The position numbers were made by a program, and so were the translations under genes. The notes below the pieces were generated by a model. That model was not told the origin of the DNA. It made no database searches and saw only the letters and a list, made by a program, of their open reading frames with translations. DNA of 64,000 bases from Tubulanus polymorphus (taxonomy: Eukaryota; Animalia; Nemertea). The stretch's first letter is position 1; each line of letters starts with the position of its first letter. Positions 1 to 13,394 of this stretch are shown piece after piece. Location: positions 13,328,050 to 13,392,049 of the forward strand of contig NC_134026.1 of the NCBI RefSeq assembly GCF_964204645.1, in the 5' to 3' direction.

Positions 1-492
1 TGTGTGATAGAAATCATGGAGATGACGAGTTGATTGAGCCCGAGGCGCACAGTCAATAGAAGTTGAATAGAAACTACAAACATAATGCATTTTCTTTAAA
101 ATTGTTTCATCTATAGAGATTTATTGCAACTTGTCAACAGTTTAATTTCTATAATGTAATGACCTATGTATGGATATATTTTTTTTTGTTTTACGCGTGA
201 AACTGGAGCATAATACCTCCGCCCAAACATTCCACGCCCATGATACCATTTAATGAATCCGAAATATATCCAGGCCCAACATCTAGAGTTCATGCTAAAT
301 GATGAAGACTAGGAATATCTTAGCAATATAATTTTCGGAAAGAGTTTAGAATAGCAGGCCAGACTCATTGTTAGGATCCACCATAGTTCTATAGTGAATT
401 GATTACAAGTAGTTAATTCAACAAAACAAAGTAAATTGTTCATAATTAGTGCATTGCCAAGACCATTATTCAAAATTACTAACTACATCTAT

Positions 493-1231
493 GGTTAGCG
501 GCAAAAATCATCTCGGTAAAAATCCCCGATTCTTTAGTGTAGGTAGAAATCCCCCTCCTTTTGAATGGATTGTAGATACAATCTTAAGGTCAATTAATTC
601 ATATCAGGGAGGTGGCACCTCCCTGTTCATATTATTGATTCATATATCCAATTTATTCATATTTTACTGTGAAACACCATAATGATATCATGAGTATACA
701 AACTATAGTATATACTATTTGAATTAAAACGTACTACAAAATTAACATTGTTCATTACTACTAAATGGGTAAATCAAGTGATCGCACAGCTTAATGAAAG
801 GGTTCATCGCACATTTCAAATATATTACACTAGCTTGAATCTAAAATATTTCAAATCAAAAGAACATTATTTCTAATAATTTTTGGCATCGCACAGCTGA
901 AATATACCACAGTTAAAAGTCCGCAGTTCAAAAATACTCCTGTTCGAATCTTTAGATATTACAAAATAAAAATTTATTATTCTTATCAATTCTAACAATT
1001 TATTTTATGCTAAGAGTTTTACTTAAGAATTTATCGCAACGAAAGATTTCATTGCACAGTTCTAACATATTTCAGTCTCATAGCAAATTAATAAAATTGG
1101 AGAAACATTTTGCTTTGAAATGTCTTTGAAAATCACCGAGTGGGGATTTTTACCTACTTTGAATATTTTCGGTTTAACACAGGGGATATTTACCTAGGGG
1201 ATTTTTACCAGGGAGATTTTTACCTACAACC
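493..1231. mobile_element. Non-autonomous foldback DNA transposon with GGTAAAAATCCCC subrepeats in its TIRs
   Basis: Left end GGTTAGCGGCAAAAATCATCTCGGTAAAAATCCCC is the inverse of right end GGGGATTTTTACCAGGGAGATTTTTACCTACAACC. The right half recurs inverted at about 34290-34710. Confidence 0.6.
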
Positions 1232-3104
1232 ATATTCCTATGGTTTTTTGAATGGTTGAAGGTTTTTTGAGGGAGATATTTTGGTTCAGATATTCTGGAT
1301 ATGGGACTCATTATCATCTCTAGCTACGGTAGATACTTTTCTCATTGATTATTCGCTACGATATTTATTACATATCACGCAAATCCGCATATACGCTTGA
1401 ATTCATACTGTTAGCAGATATAACAAAGTTTGCTCATTTTGTAATAATTTTGAAATCGTCAAATTTTATTGCAGAGATTCCCCGATATATCACGAGTAAT
1501 GAAACAGATATCTCATTTAAACGTAGATTTTTCTTTTATTTTGAAATCCATAGCAAACATTTATAGGAACCTAATGTTATTGAGCATAAAGCTTCTGACC
1601 CTCCTTGCATTTATACATCGGGAAATCCAACTCTAAACTATAAAAGGCTTTTCATCATGGTGTAATATAGCTTGTGCAACAGGACGCCACTCAGTCATTA
1701 CGTAAATTGTGAGAGGTGTTTATACATAATAGTTCCCTGTGCAATTCATATATTGGGATCACAATCGGAAAAGATCTGCTTAAAACACTTTATCACCTTA
1801 GGGAGTTTGTGCTTCTTGATTACTCGATTAGCAGTGACACCGCAGATAAAATCCCCCCTTCAAAATCGCCCTTTCCAATATTTAATTAAAAGCCATTGAA
1901 AGCAAGATATTTTCTCAATTCTTTTTGAATTTATTCATAATTAATAGCTAATTCTTAATAGTAATACATGTAATATCATTAGGAATCTGATTTTATGCAC
2001 TTCTAGTTGTAAAACGTAGCTGTCAGATCTACGAGCAATTATCTCATTAATGAGATAATTGCTCGTATGTCGGATGGATGGACATATTGGTGTGTACCGG
2101 TCAACAGTGTCTGTAATCAAAGATGCCATTTGATATCTGTCGAATTTCTATGAAAGAGTACAAACAGAAATATAAACCGGCCTATACAGGGTACAAATCA
2201 GAAGTTAAAACTAGGACAATGGCTAATTTGCAAACAAATTGGCTCGAATCAGGGTCCGACTTTAATTGTTTTCATGGCTTACCAAAGAGCGCGCTGATTT
2301 TCATGTTCAAATTTATTTCACATTCAAATGCAAACCCATTCATTCGATACTAAACAATGCTTGAAGAGACTCTAAAACGAGTCCATACTTAAGCAAAGCG
2401 AAGTGACTGACTTCCAGAACCAGTTTAAATTAACACGCTCTAATTTGACTCGGCTTAATTTGACTCAGGTCTGGTCGGACTATTTGGTCGGGCAATTAGG
2501 CATGGGTCAATTTGGCGCTTGTTGTTTCTTTTCGTCAGATTTCTCCACCCTACCTTCAACTTATTTTTTATTATCCACGTATTTCAAATTCGATTTCTTC
2601 AACTTGTGTTAATTTTATACCCATGGAAAGCACACTGGTTACAATTTGCAGCAGTGCGCTATATAATGATGAGTAATATTGATTATTAATATCAATATCA
2701 AATTTGAATTCGCAGTTGAAACATAATTGATTTGATCAACAATATAATTTGATGTAGACCTCCCAGCGTGAATCAATCAAGAAAAAATTTTACTAGTCGT
2801 CTCAGATCAAAACAAGAAAAAGGAAGATGCATTCTAATAACTGATTGCGATGTGAAGACTATATTAGGCTCATTATTAGAACCTGTACTACGGCTATTTA
2901 ACTTTCTAAAATTATTTGTCGCAGACCCTCAAATACAGTGTATATTAACAATCAAATTGCCTAAATATGTCTGGTTTCGTCGCTATAGTATACTATTTAT
3001 TAAAAACAATTACATCAATATCATTTATGTAGACCTATCATTCTAAAAGCTCAGGTTTTTAGCGTTAGAGGTTTGGACGAATATTCAATATTCAAAGTCA
3101 ATAT

Positions 3105-3322
3105 TTCGAATATCAGACCTAGGTCCATTTTCCTTCGTTTGACAGTCGGAGGAATATTCCTCCCGAAGTCGATACTTTGAATATCAGAACTGAAGGTCAA
3201 ATTCTCTTAGTTTGACCTTGGGAGGAATATTCCTCCCAAATTCAATTGTTTGAATATCAGACCCCTTGGTCAAGTTTCCATCGATTGACTTTGGGAGGAA
3301 TATTCCTCCCACAGTCAATTTT
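3105..3322. repeat. Three ~72-bp tandem units, each containing the palindrome GGAGGAATATTCCTCC
   Basis: GAATATCAGA recurs at about 3108, 3179 and 3252, with the palindromic core in each unit. Confidence 0.85.
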
Positions 3323-3689
3323 CACAATAGCGGTCCTCTTAATTGGTGATGATCAATGAACGTGCGGCTCATATTTCTATTGTGTGCCTATCCGGTGTAA
3401 CGCGCGACACGCTTACATAATCTTATCTGTAAATGTGAAGACCTCGGGGGCATTATGTTCTCTAAAGCCCGACATTATCCCACATTCGGGACTGTGAATG
3501 GGTTGATTTTACGGCTGAGTCGACATGTTTCAACAATTTTTAACTGTTCATTTATGAATATTTGAAGACTTATGAACTAAAAATTACTTAAATTTTTGAT
3601 ACATTTTGAGAAAGTCACAAAACATTTGAGACTGCGTTCAAATCACCACGTTTAAAAATTTACGCCGGTATTTCTTTTCCATTTACACC

Positions 3690-4960
3690 TCAACGACAAT
3701 TGAAGCAGGTAATCCCGCAACCACCGATGCCACGTGATCAGCAAGAATTTAGAGGACAACTATTAATTGTTGCTTCAGTTTCAGCCAATACCGTTCTCAT
3801 TGACCAGTTGCTCTTTCAAATTGCTTTCAAGGCGCGTTGAGTGCTTTTAACGAGCCGCTACCATGCTCCTCCGAAATGAGGGGCAAATGAAGGCAAGAAG
3901 CGTCTTTTTCTGTAAAAGGAAGTCATGTATCTGACTGTTGTTCCATCTTTTCCAAGCCAGCGGCTAATTCCCCATCGGCCCTCAGAAAGTTTGTTCCGTT
4001 ACCGCTATAGATATCGGTAGGTACGCTGCACAAATGAACGTTCGAAGAGTCATAATAAAATCATCAGTTTCGTCCATGAATCTACTAGTTCTAGGTGCAC
4101 AGCTCTAGTGACAAGTGAACAGACAGCCCCACTTTTTTAAGCCTATGCCAACCCAGTTTGACCCGGAGAGGACCAAAGAAATCAACTCCCACGAATTGAA
4201 ACGGACGAGAATACGCTGCTAACCTGGACGCAGGTAGGTCAGCCATAATAGGTACATGAGGCTTTACTATACGACGATGACATTTAGGGCAACGACTATT
4301 TATTCCTTCAAACGAGCTTAATCGGTCAGTACTGCTGACGACATTCAGCAATAATATGTTCGTAAACCACCGTGGCCCAAAATCACATGAAAGTGAGAAA
4401 TGATCAATTCACTTAAGTGGTGACAGTTTGGTTTAACTACTTGTTTTGCACTATAAAGTACTGCTGCGTTTTTTATTCTACCTCCAACTCCTAATTAATG
4501 TACCGTTTAATGGACCGTCAAAAAACGGATTTAATGAGCTGAGACAACTAGCGCGGGGCATGGATCCACCACACTGCAATTCGTGTAACTCCTCGGCAAA
4601 TGCATTGTGCCGTGACAAGGAGTTGTCTTTCTGTGGATTTAAGTTCCTCACATGATAGATATTTACCAATACATTAACTTCCAGGATAAAGCTACAAGTG
4701 ACAGAGATCGACGAACAGCTCTTAATATCCATGCAGTATGGCGCTTGGGCTCATACCACGAGGAAAACCCTTCAATATGGCCACTCTCTCAATTTTCAAT
4801 GATAGAAATCGTGTGTGCATTTCAATTATTTCGGCTGTTAGGGTTTTAAGGCACAATATAAGTGTCTGATGTGATATGGCGATGTTAATTAATGATAATT
4901 CCGCAGTGAAGCTAGTCACGAACGGTGCCGATTGAGTGTACAGCTGCAAAAACACTGAAA
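3690..4960 (-). mobile_element. Degenerate BEL/Pao LTR retrotransposon pol fragment (integrase zinc finger and core)
   Basis: ORF 4091-4351 gives CPKCHRRIVKPHVPIMADLPASRLAAYSRPFQFVGVDFFGPL. The CxxC...MADLP...R...PF...GVDxFGP pattern is typical of BEL/Pao integrase. Flanking frames are disrupted. Confidence 0.8.
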
Positions 4961-5199
4961 TGTGCGTAGTTGCGTAACTATTTGCGGTAAATTGCAGACG
5001 AAACGTGAAGCCTTAACGGCCGTTTAAAAAAAATTATACCAATCGCAATTGTAAAATAAAAATTAGATAGAACCTAAGTTAAAATTCTGGCCATTTCTAA
5101 AAATGTTATTACTAATTTTTAGTCAGTGCGGAACGTTTAGTTTTCCAACAATAATGAGGGGTGGTAGGTAGTCATGCAATTCAAGTCATCATTTATTAC

Positions 5200-7640
5200 A
5201 CGTTACTTCCGTGTTGTTGAAAATCTCGTGAGTCCTGGACCAAACCCAATGAACAATGTGATCTGTGTGCTGGCCACAAATGCACACAGATCACACTACA
5301 CTACCCATTTCACACTCCAATACCCACAGCTTTCATATATCCATCCAAATATTTAGTGTCTTTCTTCCTGGATTACTGTCAGCGTTAATCATGAATATAT
5401 ATGTATGCAATGGTTTCTTCTATAGGTTACCGTCCCAATCACCTGACAAACGTAAGGATTTCATTGACCATTTCAAAATTTCAGTTGAGTCTGTCCAATC
5501 ATCCAGGAACCCTATCTATCGCGCTGTTTTTTGCTTAGGGAATTTTTATGGCAAAAACAATAACTGGTGCATCAATGATATCACTAACACAGCAGATACA
5601 CAACTAAAGCTAGTTGCTGATGATCTGAATGTCTTACAATTAATTAATGAACCCACCAGAACCACCCCTTACACATCATCGTGTATAGACCTTATTTTCA
5701 CAGTTTCCCCGGTAATGTAAAAAATGTTAAGGTACTAGAACCAACTGGAAGCTCTGACCTTAATACTTCGTATGAACAATAAGTGCAATGTTAAAAAATT
5801 CCTACACTAAACTTATCTGGAATTATGATTTCGTCAATTTGAATCGGTTGCACGATTGCTTTGAAAATGTTAACTGGGATGAAATTTTTAATATTGATAA
5901 TTTCGCTAATTTGGTTAACAAATGTACTTCCAAATTACCCGACGTATATAAAAATATCCATTCCTCATCGTTTTGTTACAATTAAAAACACTTCCAAACC
6001 TTGGTTCAGGGAAAACATTTCAAAGGAAATCAACACAAGAAACCGTTACTATTGTCTGTTTAAAAGATAAAGAAACCGGTACGTGTATGAACTTTTTCAC
6101 AAGCAATCAAATACCGTTAAAGTCCTCATCAACGGAAATAATATCCTAGACAATCTTGAACCCTCATCGAAATCTTCAAAGGATTACTGGTCAATTGTTA
6201 AAAAATTATCTGAAAAAAATTGTATCCAGCATTCCCAACCTGCTTGACCAGGGAACTAATTTTGAACGTGTGTCCAATGAAGGTAAAGCTAACTTATTTA
6301 TGAATATCATAACAAAGAAATATCATAGTGATACGGAGTGGTTAAATTTACCAGATTTTCTAAATCGATGTCAGAACAATGTTGTATTGCATGAAACGAC
6401 TCCTGATTTTATAACAAAACTTATTAATGGCTTACCGGGAGATTAAGCCTGCGGTACAGACGGCATAACAAATAAAATGCTCAAAATATCAGTCAGACAC
6501 GTCCCACCATTCATATGTAACTCATTTAATGTAGTATTAGCAAAGAAATCTTTTCCGGAAATCTGGAAATCAGGAGTTATCTCATGGATCTTTAAAAAGG
6601 GTGATAAATCAGATCCGAATAATCATCACCTTAACTTTGCTAAATACTCTATCAAATCTGTATGTATAAATTTTTTTAGAGGCAGCTCTCCCTCATACGT
6701 TAACTCTCTATTCAATCGATATTACAATGTTGTCACCAGGGCATTACGTAATATTAAACCTTTCCGCATACCTGCACGTTAATCTCAAAAATTAAGAAAC
6801 TCTCTCCTTATAACTCTAATGTTGATTTGGAACAACACTTCCCATACGTGAAGAACAATTCGAACTTCTTGTCAGTTCAAATCAGCAATCTATTATAGAA
6901 AGTCCCTCCTTAACCAAACATCCACCATATTGTTTATCAATTTAAACCGTAAGGTGGAGATTTGCCTCAATAGGCTACGAGTTGGTTTACTTTTAAAATC
7001 TCATTTATTCGACCACAAATTTCAAAATATAAGAAATCCCCTACGTGATTACTGTCTAAAAAGATACGGTACTAAACACTTCCTTCTGACATCCCGCCAT
7101 CCCACCGACCAAATTAACATCAGAAACCTACTCATGGACCTTGATTCAATATCACCTGGTTTGAAAGATTTTGACTGACCAAACTAAAATATTGCTATTT
7201 GGTGACCACTTAGACTTATCCCATAGCATACACTTATTGATTTTGAAAAATACAGCCAAATTCATCAATAGTTTTGCTAGTTAACCTTATGATCTAGGCC
7301 CCTTTCGTCACTCGTACTTTGTAGTAATTTCAGTGCAGTAATGATTCTGACGATTATAATTTTCACTGTTGCCATTAGGCTAACTTGCCCCGTTTGTCGT
7401 CGTCATCATCATTACTAGCACTATTTATGATCATGTCTATATTTGCTATAATTGACTGTCACCTCCGTTGCTATTATTAGTATTGATAGTGGTATTGATA
7501 GTTAGTATTATGTTCCTTGCTATAAATATCTGTTATATCATTCAAATGTAAATTCTTTTAGATTTCTTTGGACTTCAGCAAGCATGATACTTGTTCATTT
7601 ACTCTGTATGAAATGACGGTTAATATAAAAAAAGTCAACT
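5200..7640 (+). mobile_element. Degenerate CR1/L2-group LINE ORF2 (APE endonuclease, RT N-terminus, large internal deletion, C-terminus)
   Basis: Endonuclease motifs FYRLPSQ...LGNFY...QLINEPTRTTPYTSSCIDLIFT, then SKPWF, and KACGTDGITNKMLK...FPEIWKSGVISWIFKKGDKSDPNN at the RT start. The sequence then jumps at about 6625 to C-terminal LNRLRVG motifs. Confidence 0.85.
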
Positions 7641-7719
7641 GGCTGTTGACTATGCTGTATTTGCAGAGATTGAAATTATGTTAAAAATAAGTCTAGCCTA
7701 TTGTAATTAATCGAAAGTA

Positions 7720-8300
7720 ACAACCGAATCTGAAGCATAAACCAAGGCACAAGATACTCTTACAATCTTATCTAATGTAGTGTTATCTGAACCAGAATTC
7801 TTAAGGAGGGAAATCGGAATTAAAGCTTTCAAGAATAATGTATTTTTGTCGCAATGTACCGATCATTCGCTCCACGTGTATACGCGCAGCTGCAATTGTC
7901 CTTGTCTTTTCGATATCCACTGCATCCAGTTGGTTCTCATTACGGGTGAATGCTGGTACCTGTAATGTTGTGCCTCGTGATGCGATATTTTCCTCTACTA
8001 CGAATCCTCTGTCGGCCAAAACCAATTGACCAGACATTAAGAAGTTAAGATACCCACCTGTGCTCAGTGATATATTTCTCTGATGTTCATCCTCCCCAGC
8101 CGTTTGAGATGAATGAAATGAATCCTCGCGGCGTGATACTTATGAAGGAATGTTACTGTATTATGGGATTTGTATGATGAATATGTCTGAGCTCTGGCCT
8201 TAAGATCACTTGGCCTTTCACAGATGAATGACATTTGGAAAAGGCCAGAAAACAAGCAGCGGTACCAATCGATCATTCATAACGTTAATTGTATCACAGA
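7720..8300 (-). mobile_element. ISL2EU/Harbinger-type DDE transposase fragment
   Basis: ERPSDLKARAQTYSSYKSHNTV and VLADRGF...PAF...QL...EKTRTIAAARIHVERMIG are motifs of the DDE_Tnp_4 family; frameshifted. Confidence 0.85.
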
Positions 8301-8342
8301 ATATTTGGGAGATATACATTAAAAATATATCCGAGAAACTGA

Positions 8343-10980
8343 TCATTCATTCATTCATTTAAATACTCCAGCACACTCGCATTCGCGAGTATTTTTTGGA
8401 GCGTGCGCGTCCGTGTTAGAAGAGAAAGAAAAAGAGTGTGCTTGGAAAATTCAATTAATAATAATAATAAAAGATACAATGTACATTTTAAAAACACTTA
8501 ATCGGATTTTGGAATAAATCTAGGGATATGTCACAGATACTAGCCTCCTGAAGGATTCAGGTGACTAGGTCAGGACAACTGATGCAGGGAGAGTATTCCA
8601 ATGGGCTATTGTTTTTGGAAAGAAAGAGTACTTGTAGCAGTCACGTGTTGCTCTTATGGTCATGAAACGGAGGGGATGGCCACGACCTGTGAGGCGCGTG
8701 GGTTGGGCCAGATTCGCAGGTAGGGGGACTGCCACAAGGCAGTAAACAATTTTATACATGAGTGTTAGTCGGCCTATAGCTCTGCGCTCATCGAGGGTCG
8801 GCCAGCCGAGTATGGCACTTAGGTGTCGAGCATGGCACTAACACTGGCTTGGGGGCTGTAATTGTCAAGGACCCACCGTGCAGCCCTGCGCTGTACTTGT
8901 TCAATGGTGCTGATTTGCGACTTGAGATAAGGGTCCCATGCAGCTGCAGCATACTCGAGCTGTGGGCGGGCAAGGGCCTTGTAAGCAGTCCCTCTGATTT
9001 TGGGGTTTGGTGTTTTGATATTACGTTTGATGAAACCAAGGGATTTATTTTGAGTTGTGGATATACGTGATACATGATGGTTCCACTTTAGCGAATGGTC
9101 GATGTCCACGCCTAGGTATCGTGCATAATACACCGACTGAAGTGTATGGCCATGTAGCATGTAGAATGTAGGGATGGGCTTTCGTGTGGTTTTATGGATT
9201 ACTTGGCATTTGGTGGGATTAAACTCCATATCCCATAGGTCCTCCCAGGCCTCAAGCCTTGTAAGGTCACTATGTAGTGTGTTCTGGTCTGTGGGTTTTA
9301 ATATTGTGAGGTAGATGGCAGTGTCATCCGCAAATAGACGGACACTGCTCTTCAGGCTTTTCGGGAGGTCGTTGATGTACATGAGGAAGAGTAACGGGCC
9401 CAGAACTGAGCCCTGTGGAACTCCTGATATTACCGGAATAGGAGAGGAATGTTCGCCAGATACAACGACTGTTTGGAAGCGGTGGGAAAGGAAGCATTTG
9501 AACCAGTCGACTGTTTTTGGCTCAACACCATGTTTTCTGAGCTTGTGGAGAAGTTTGTTGTGGTTGACTTTGTCAAAGGCTTTACTGAAATCTAGTAGGA
9601 TCTATCTGTTTGCTGGCCTGGGTGGTACGAGAATGGTCATCGATCAGGGAGATCAGTTGTGATTCACAAGATGATCTCTTCTCTCGGAAACCATGTTGGA
9701 GATCGTACAGAATATTGTTTCGGGCAAGGTGCGTGTTGAGATTTGAGACTATGATATGTTCCATCAATTTAGATAGGATGCAGGTAAGAGAGATGGGTCT
9801 GTAGTTTGCTGCTTTGGATTTGTCCCCTTTTTTGAAGATTGGGGTGACGAGGGCTGCGGTCCAGTCAGCCGGGAGTTTGCCAGAATCGCATGATGTTTGG
9901 AAAATTTTTGTGATAATTTGGGCCAATGCGCTATGGAGTTCTTTTAGTAGTCGAGGATGAATTTGGTCTGGGCCGCAAGCCTTTTCAGGGTTTAGGTTAC
10001 GCAGGAGGCGATCAACTCCTTTTCGTGTAAATGCTGGTTTGCCTTGGACTTCGGCGTAGACTATGTCGTGGTCTCCTAAGGGGGGTAAGGTGGTTACTTT
10101 GTTGACTAGTGTTGGGTTATTTGTTAGGAAAAGGTCAAGGGTATTATTGCCTCTAGTTGGCTGCGTAACTATTTGTGTGAGGCTGAAGTCATATATAAGG
10201 GTGATAAATTCCTCATAGATACCTTATTCTGACTATCATGGATTTTTGGTTCACAATCTTGCCATGAAATGTTTGGCAGGTTGAAATCACCAAGGATCCA
10301 GATATTATTATCTTTTGGTATTTTCGACAGGGATTCCCTAAGGTTGGCGAGGCTATTGTGGTCATTTTCTTGTGGTTTGTAGTATGCGCCATGAAGATGG
10401 GTTTGCTCCTAGTAAGTTGTAGTTTATCCCTTAGTATTTCACACTTAGTCTGCAGTTGGGGTTGGGCTGAACAGACAAGGTTTGGATAGCTACTCCCCCT
10501 CCACGTGTGTTGTTACGATCTAGTCTGAATGGGGTATATCCTAGGGAGGGAGGAAAAATTGCGCCATTTGCTTTATCTTCAGATAGCCAGGCTTCTGTGC
10601 CTACGACTATGTCCGGTTTAACGGAGTCCAGTAGTTGGTAGAAAGATGGAAGTTTGTTGTTGGTTGACTGAAAGGTTATATTAAGTACTTTCAGGGCTCT
10701 AGGTTGGCGCTGTTGATTCAAAGTATTTTTTATACATTTCTTGTGGAGATTTGAGAACTGATGGGGGGTTAGGTTCCGACCCTTTAATGGGGGTGGATGT
10801 GAGTGGTCCTTCAGTTTCATCTGCAAGTTCATCATCAGCGAGTAGGGAGAAGGAATTTGGAGAGGAAAAACTGGAAGAGGTAGAGGATGATGCAATTGGT
10901 GCATTAAAAATATCTGTAGTGATCGCTTAAGGATGGGGAGGAACAACCATATGGCACGATGTCGATTGGTCAAAGCCATG
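8343..10980 (-). mobile_element. CR1/L2-group LINE (endonuclease and RT, pseudogenised) inserted into the ISL2EU-type transposon
   Basis: KPDIVVGTEAWL...RLDRNNTRGGGV; PIFKKGDKSKAANYRPISLT...QHGFR; GVPQGSVLGP...YINDLP...RLFADD; YKYSFFPKTIAHWNTLP. A 3' hairpin and (TGAA)n tail lie at about 8343-8395. Confidence 0.92.
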
Positions 10981-11079
10981 CAGGCAGGCTAAGGGTTCGA
11001 AATGAAATTTGTTTTTAGATAAACATGTCTTATAAGTTGATAGATAAAACTTTACAGTCAATTAAACCCAAGGCCTACC

Positions 11080-11260
11080 CACCTGATATAAAATGACTGC
11101 TGCATAGCCTAGTGTTGTCTTTTGGCACACAATTGTTCCTCTTAATAGCGGCTAGCCACCTGCTTCGACGTAAATATTCTCGTGGTATGCGGTACCGGTA
11201 ACAAGAAAGTTTCATCTACGAATCGGCGCAATCAGCCTGAAAACGAACTAGGCCGCGAAC
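11080..11260 (-). pseudogene. THAP DNA-binding domain (N-terminal part of the ISL2EU-type transposase)
   Basis: Manual translation gives YRIPREYLRRSRWLAAIKRNNCVPKDNTRLCSSHFISG, matching THAP (W-x3-I...LCSxHF). It lies on the same strand as, and upstream of, the DDE fragment at 7720-8300. Confidence 0.8.
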
Positions 11261-12945
11261 CGTAAATTATCGGCCGTCAGTTTTCAAGTTTGTTTACATC
11301 CGTTGCCAAGCCCCCACAAAGCCTTCATGAATTCTTACCGCAGTTGGAGACGCCACTGTACGTTACTTACAGCTAATTTAACTAGCGGTGATACCGTCTC
11401 TCGTGATGGGCGGTTTTATTGAGTAGGCCGAGTACTAGTCGAATTTTTGGGAGGCTTACCAACCAATTCTTACCAACCAACATGGTGGCATATAAGGTTG
11501 CTAAGAAGCGTGACGTCACGTCAAACACGCTAGGTATGGGTCGAGCTAAATAACATCTTCTAGTCACCTTTATATTTTCTTTCCGATAACATTATAAGTG
11601 TTGCATATTTATCCCTTACTTTTTCTAATACATTGTGTGGATATGCCAATCAGTTATCATGGGCTTGCAGGATTGCTATCATAGCGATTGATAACTTGCA
11701 AGGGGAGAACTTCGATAACTTTCGTTAGAAACTTTCTTGGGCTCTAATATATACACAATTAATGCAGTAATAAATAGGTTCCTTTCGTTTATTGGTGATA
11801 TCGTTTTCTTTGTTTTATGATTTAGTATTTCATTGGTTTAGTTATTTCAGTTATTTCGTGTTTGGTCTCGAAAAAGGTACTCATGCGTGGCATAGTGCTG
11901 ATGACAATTCACATCATTCTTTATTGACACAATTGAAATTTCACAATAAAACACTTTCACGTCTTTGAAATTAATTTTCCTTTACTTTCACTGGGTGCTT
12001 GCATAAGCGGCCATTTGAAAAGAAATCGTTGTACACATGTATGAACATTTATACGTTTTCTGTTTAAAACTTAAAACCGCTATTCTGTTAGATAAATTCT
12101 GAATTCAATTGACCGGTTTGACTGGTTCCCTATCTCTTCAGAGAGCCAGGGGGCGATAGTTTATTTTCGCATTTAACTTTATCGGATGATTGTAGTGGAT
12201 TTTCATTTGAAGGAAATGCAACTTATTCTTGCTTAATGTCTTTATAATTTAATAAGAAAAATCGTGGCTCCTATCTAGTTTACCTAGTAGCTCCTGTTTA
12301 GTTCACCTAGTGTTCACTTCTCCTCACCTGAAGTCACTCGAGTTAGTCACGTTTTTTTTCCTTCAGCTGTAAATTGTTCTATACAGCATAATTATATCAA
12401 CACAATCTCATCACATATGTAATCTAGCAATTATCAACATAGGCCCTATGATAGATTCCGAAAAGACACCACAATATTCAAATAACAACCATCTATAAAA
12501 GCTTGCACTAACTTGGTCCACGTCTACAATAAAACCATTCCGATTTAAAAAGTTATCAGTTCGTAGTTCAATTAATTTTAGTACAGAAATACAAACCACC
12601 AAGCTTTCAGTACAACCATGACAGCAAGCCCATTTTAAGAATTTCTTTCTTGTTTTTTTTTGATAGCACATCAGAAATTTACTCGTCTGCCAATTTGGAA
12701 GAACGAGTCATCAGAGGCTACGAAGCCTTATGCTCTCTCGAAATGTAAGCTCAACGTCTGGAATCAGGTGCTATTAGGTGTTTCGGTGGCGATATGTTAA
12801 ATTAAATTTGTATTTAATGTAAAGTGTATTATATATTTGGACGGCTGTAAATAACAACATATACAATTCCAAATATATGTTACTTTGAAATGAACTTTTT
12901 ATACAATTCATTGCTAAGGACTAGGAAATTATGATCAATACTCAC

Positions 12946-13062
12946 CTCCATTGTATTTTTTCATCGAAAGTATTCCAGATTGGTTCATACATCTATAGCC
13001 AATGCAGTTAGTTGTAGTAATGCCATTTTCTTTTAGGCATGTGCCGCCTGGTAGCAAACATC
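12946..13062 (-). CDS. Host gene internal exon (phase 1-1), cysteine-rich module 3
   Basis: ttacag|GA TGT TTG...AAT GGA G|gtgagt; 117 nt, open frame: GCLLPGGTCLKENGITTTNCIGYRCMNQSGILSMKKYNG. Same Cys spacing as the exons at 40815 and 63398. Confidence 0.85.
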
Positions 13063-13394
13063 CTGTAAATAGAATTTATGAAATATACCACGCTGGCGGT
13101 TTAATTAAACGGGAAGAAAAGTGATAGCAAGGTAATATCACGGGAACCAGATAATAAAGACGAGGATATAATGAGCCTTTTCCTCGAGCTGGTAGTTATT
13201 CAACGTTTCTACTATATTCTAATCATCTTTGGGTATACTGAGGTACAACAGGAATTTTGATATATTTATATACGACCCAGAACAAAACTAAGGGATCATA
13301 AACATAGAGCATGTCCGCTTGGACCTACTCTCGATTATTACAATGCAGACTGTAATATTATGATCGTATCGTCTCTATTTTTAAGGATGACACC

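Noticed and set aside
2355-2400. Hammerhead-like TTGAAGA-GACTC...GAGTC-CATAC
   Set aside because: Both core boxes deviate from CUGANGA and GAAA; at best a decayed motif.
3105-3322. CRISPR array
   Set aside because: Eukaryotic context, no cas genes, and the sequences between the palindromes are homologous to each other rather than unique spacers.
12411-12671. Cys-containing ORF as a further host exon
   Set aside because: No convincing splice sites and no match to the module spacing.
12670-12730. Minus-strand CTGATGA plus stem as a hammerhead
   Set aside because: The stem is followed by TAAA rather than GAAA, and there is no helix I/III pairing.
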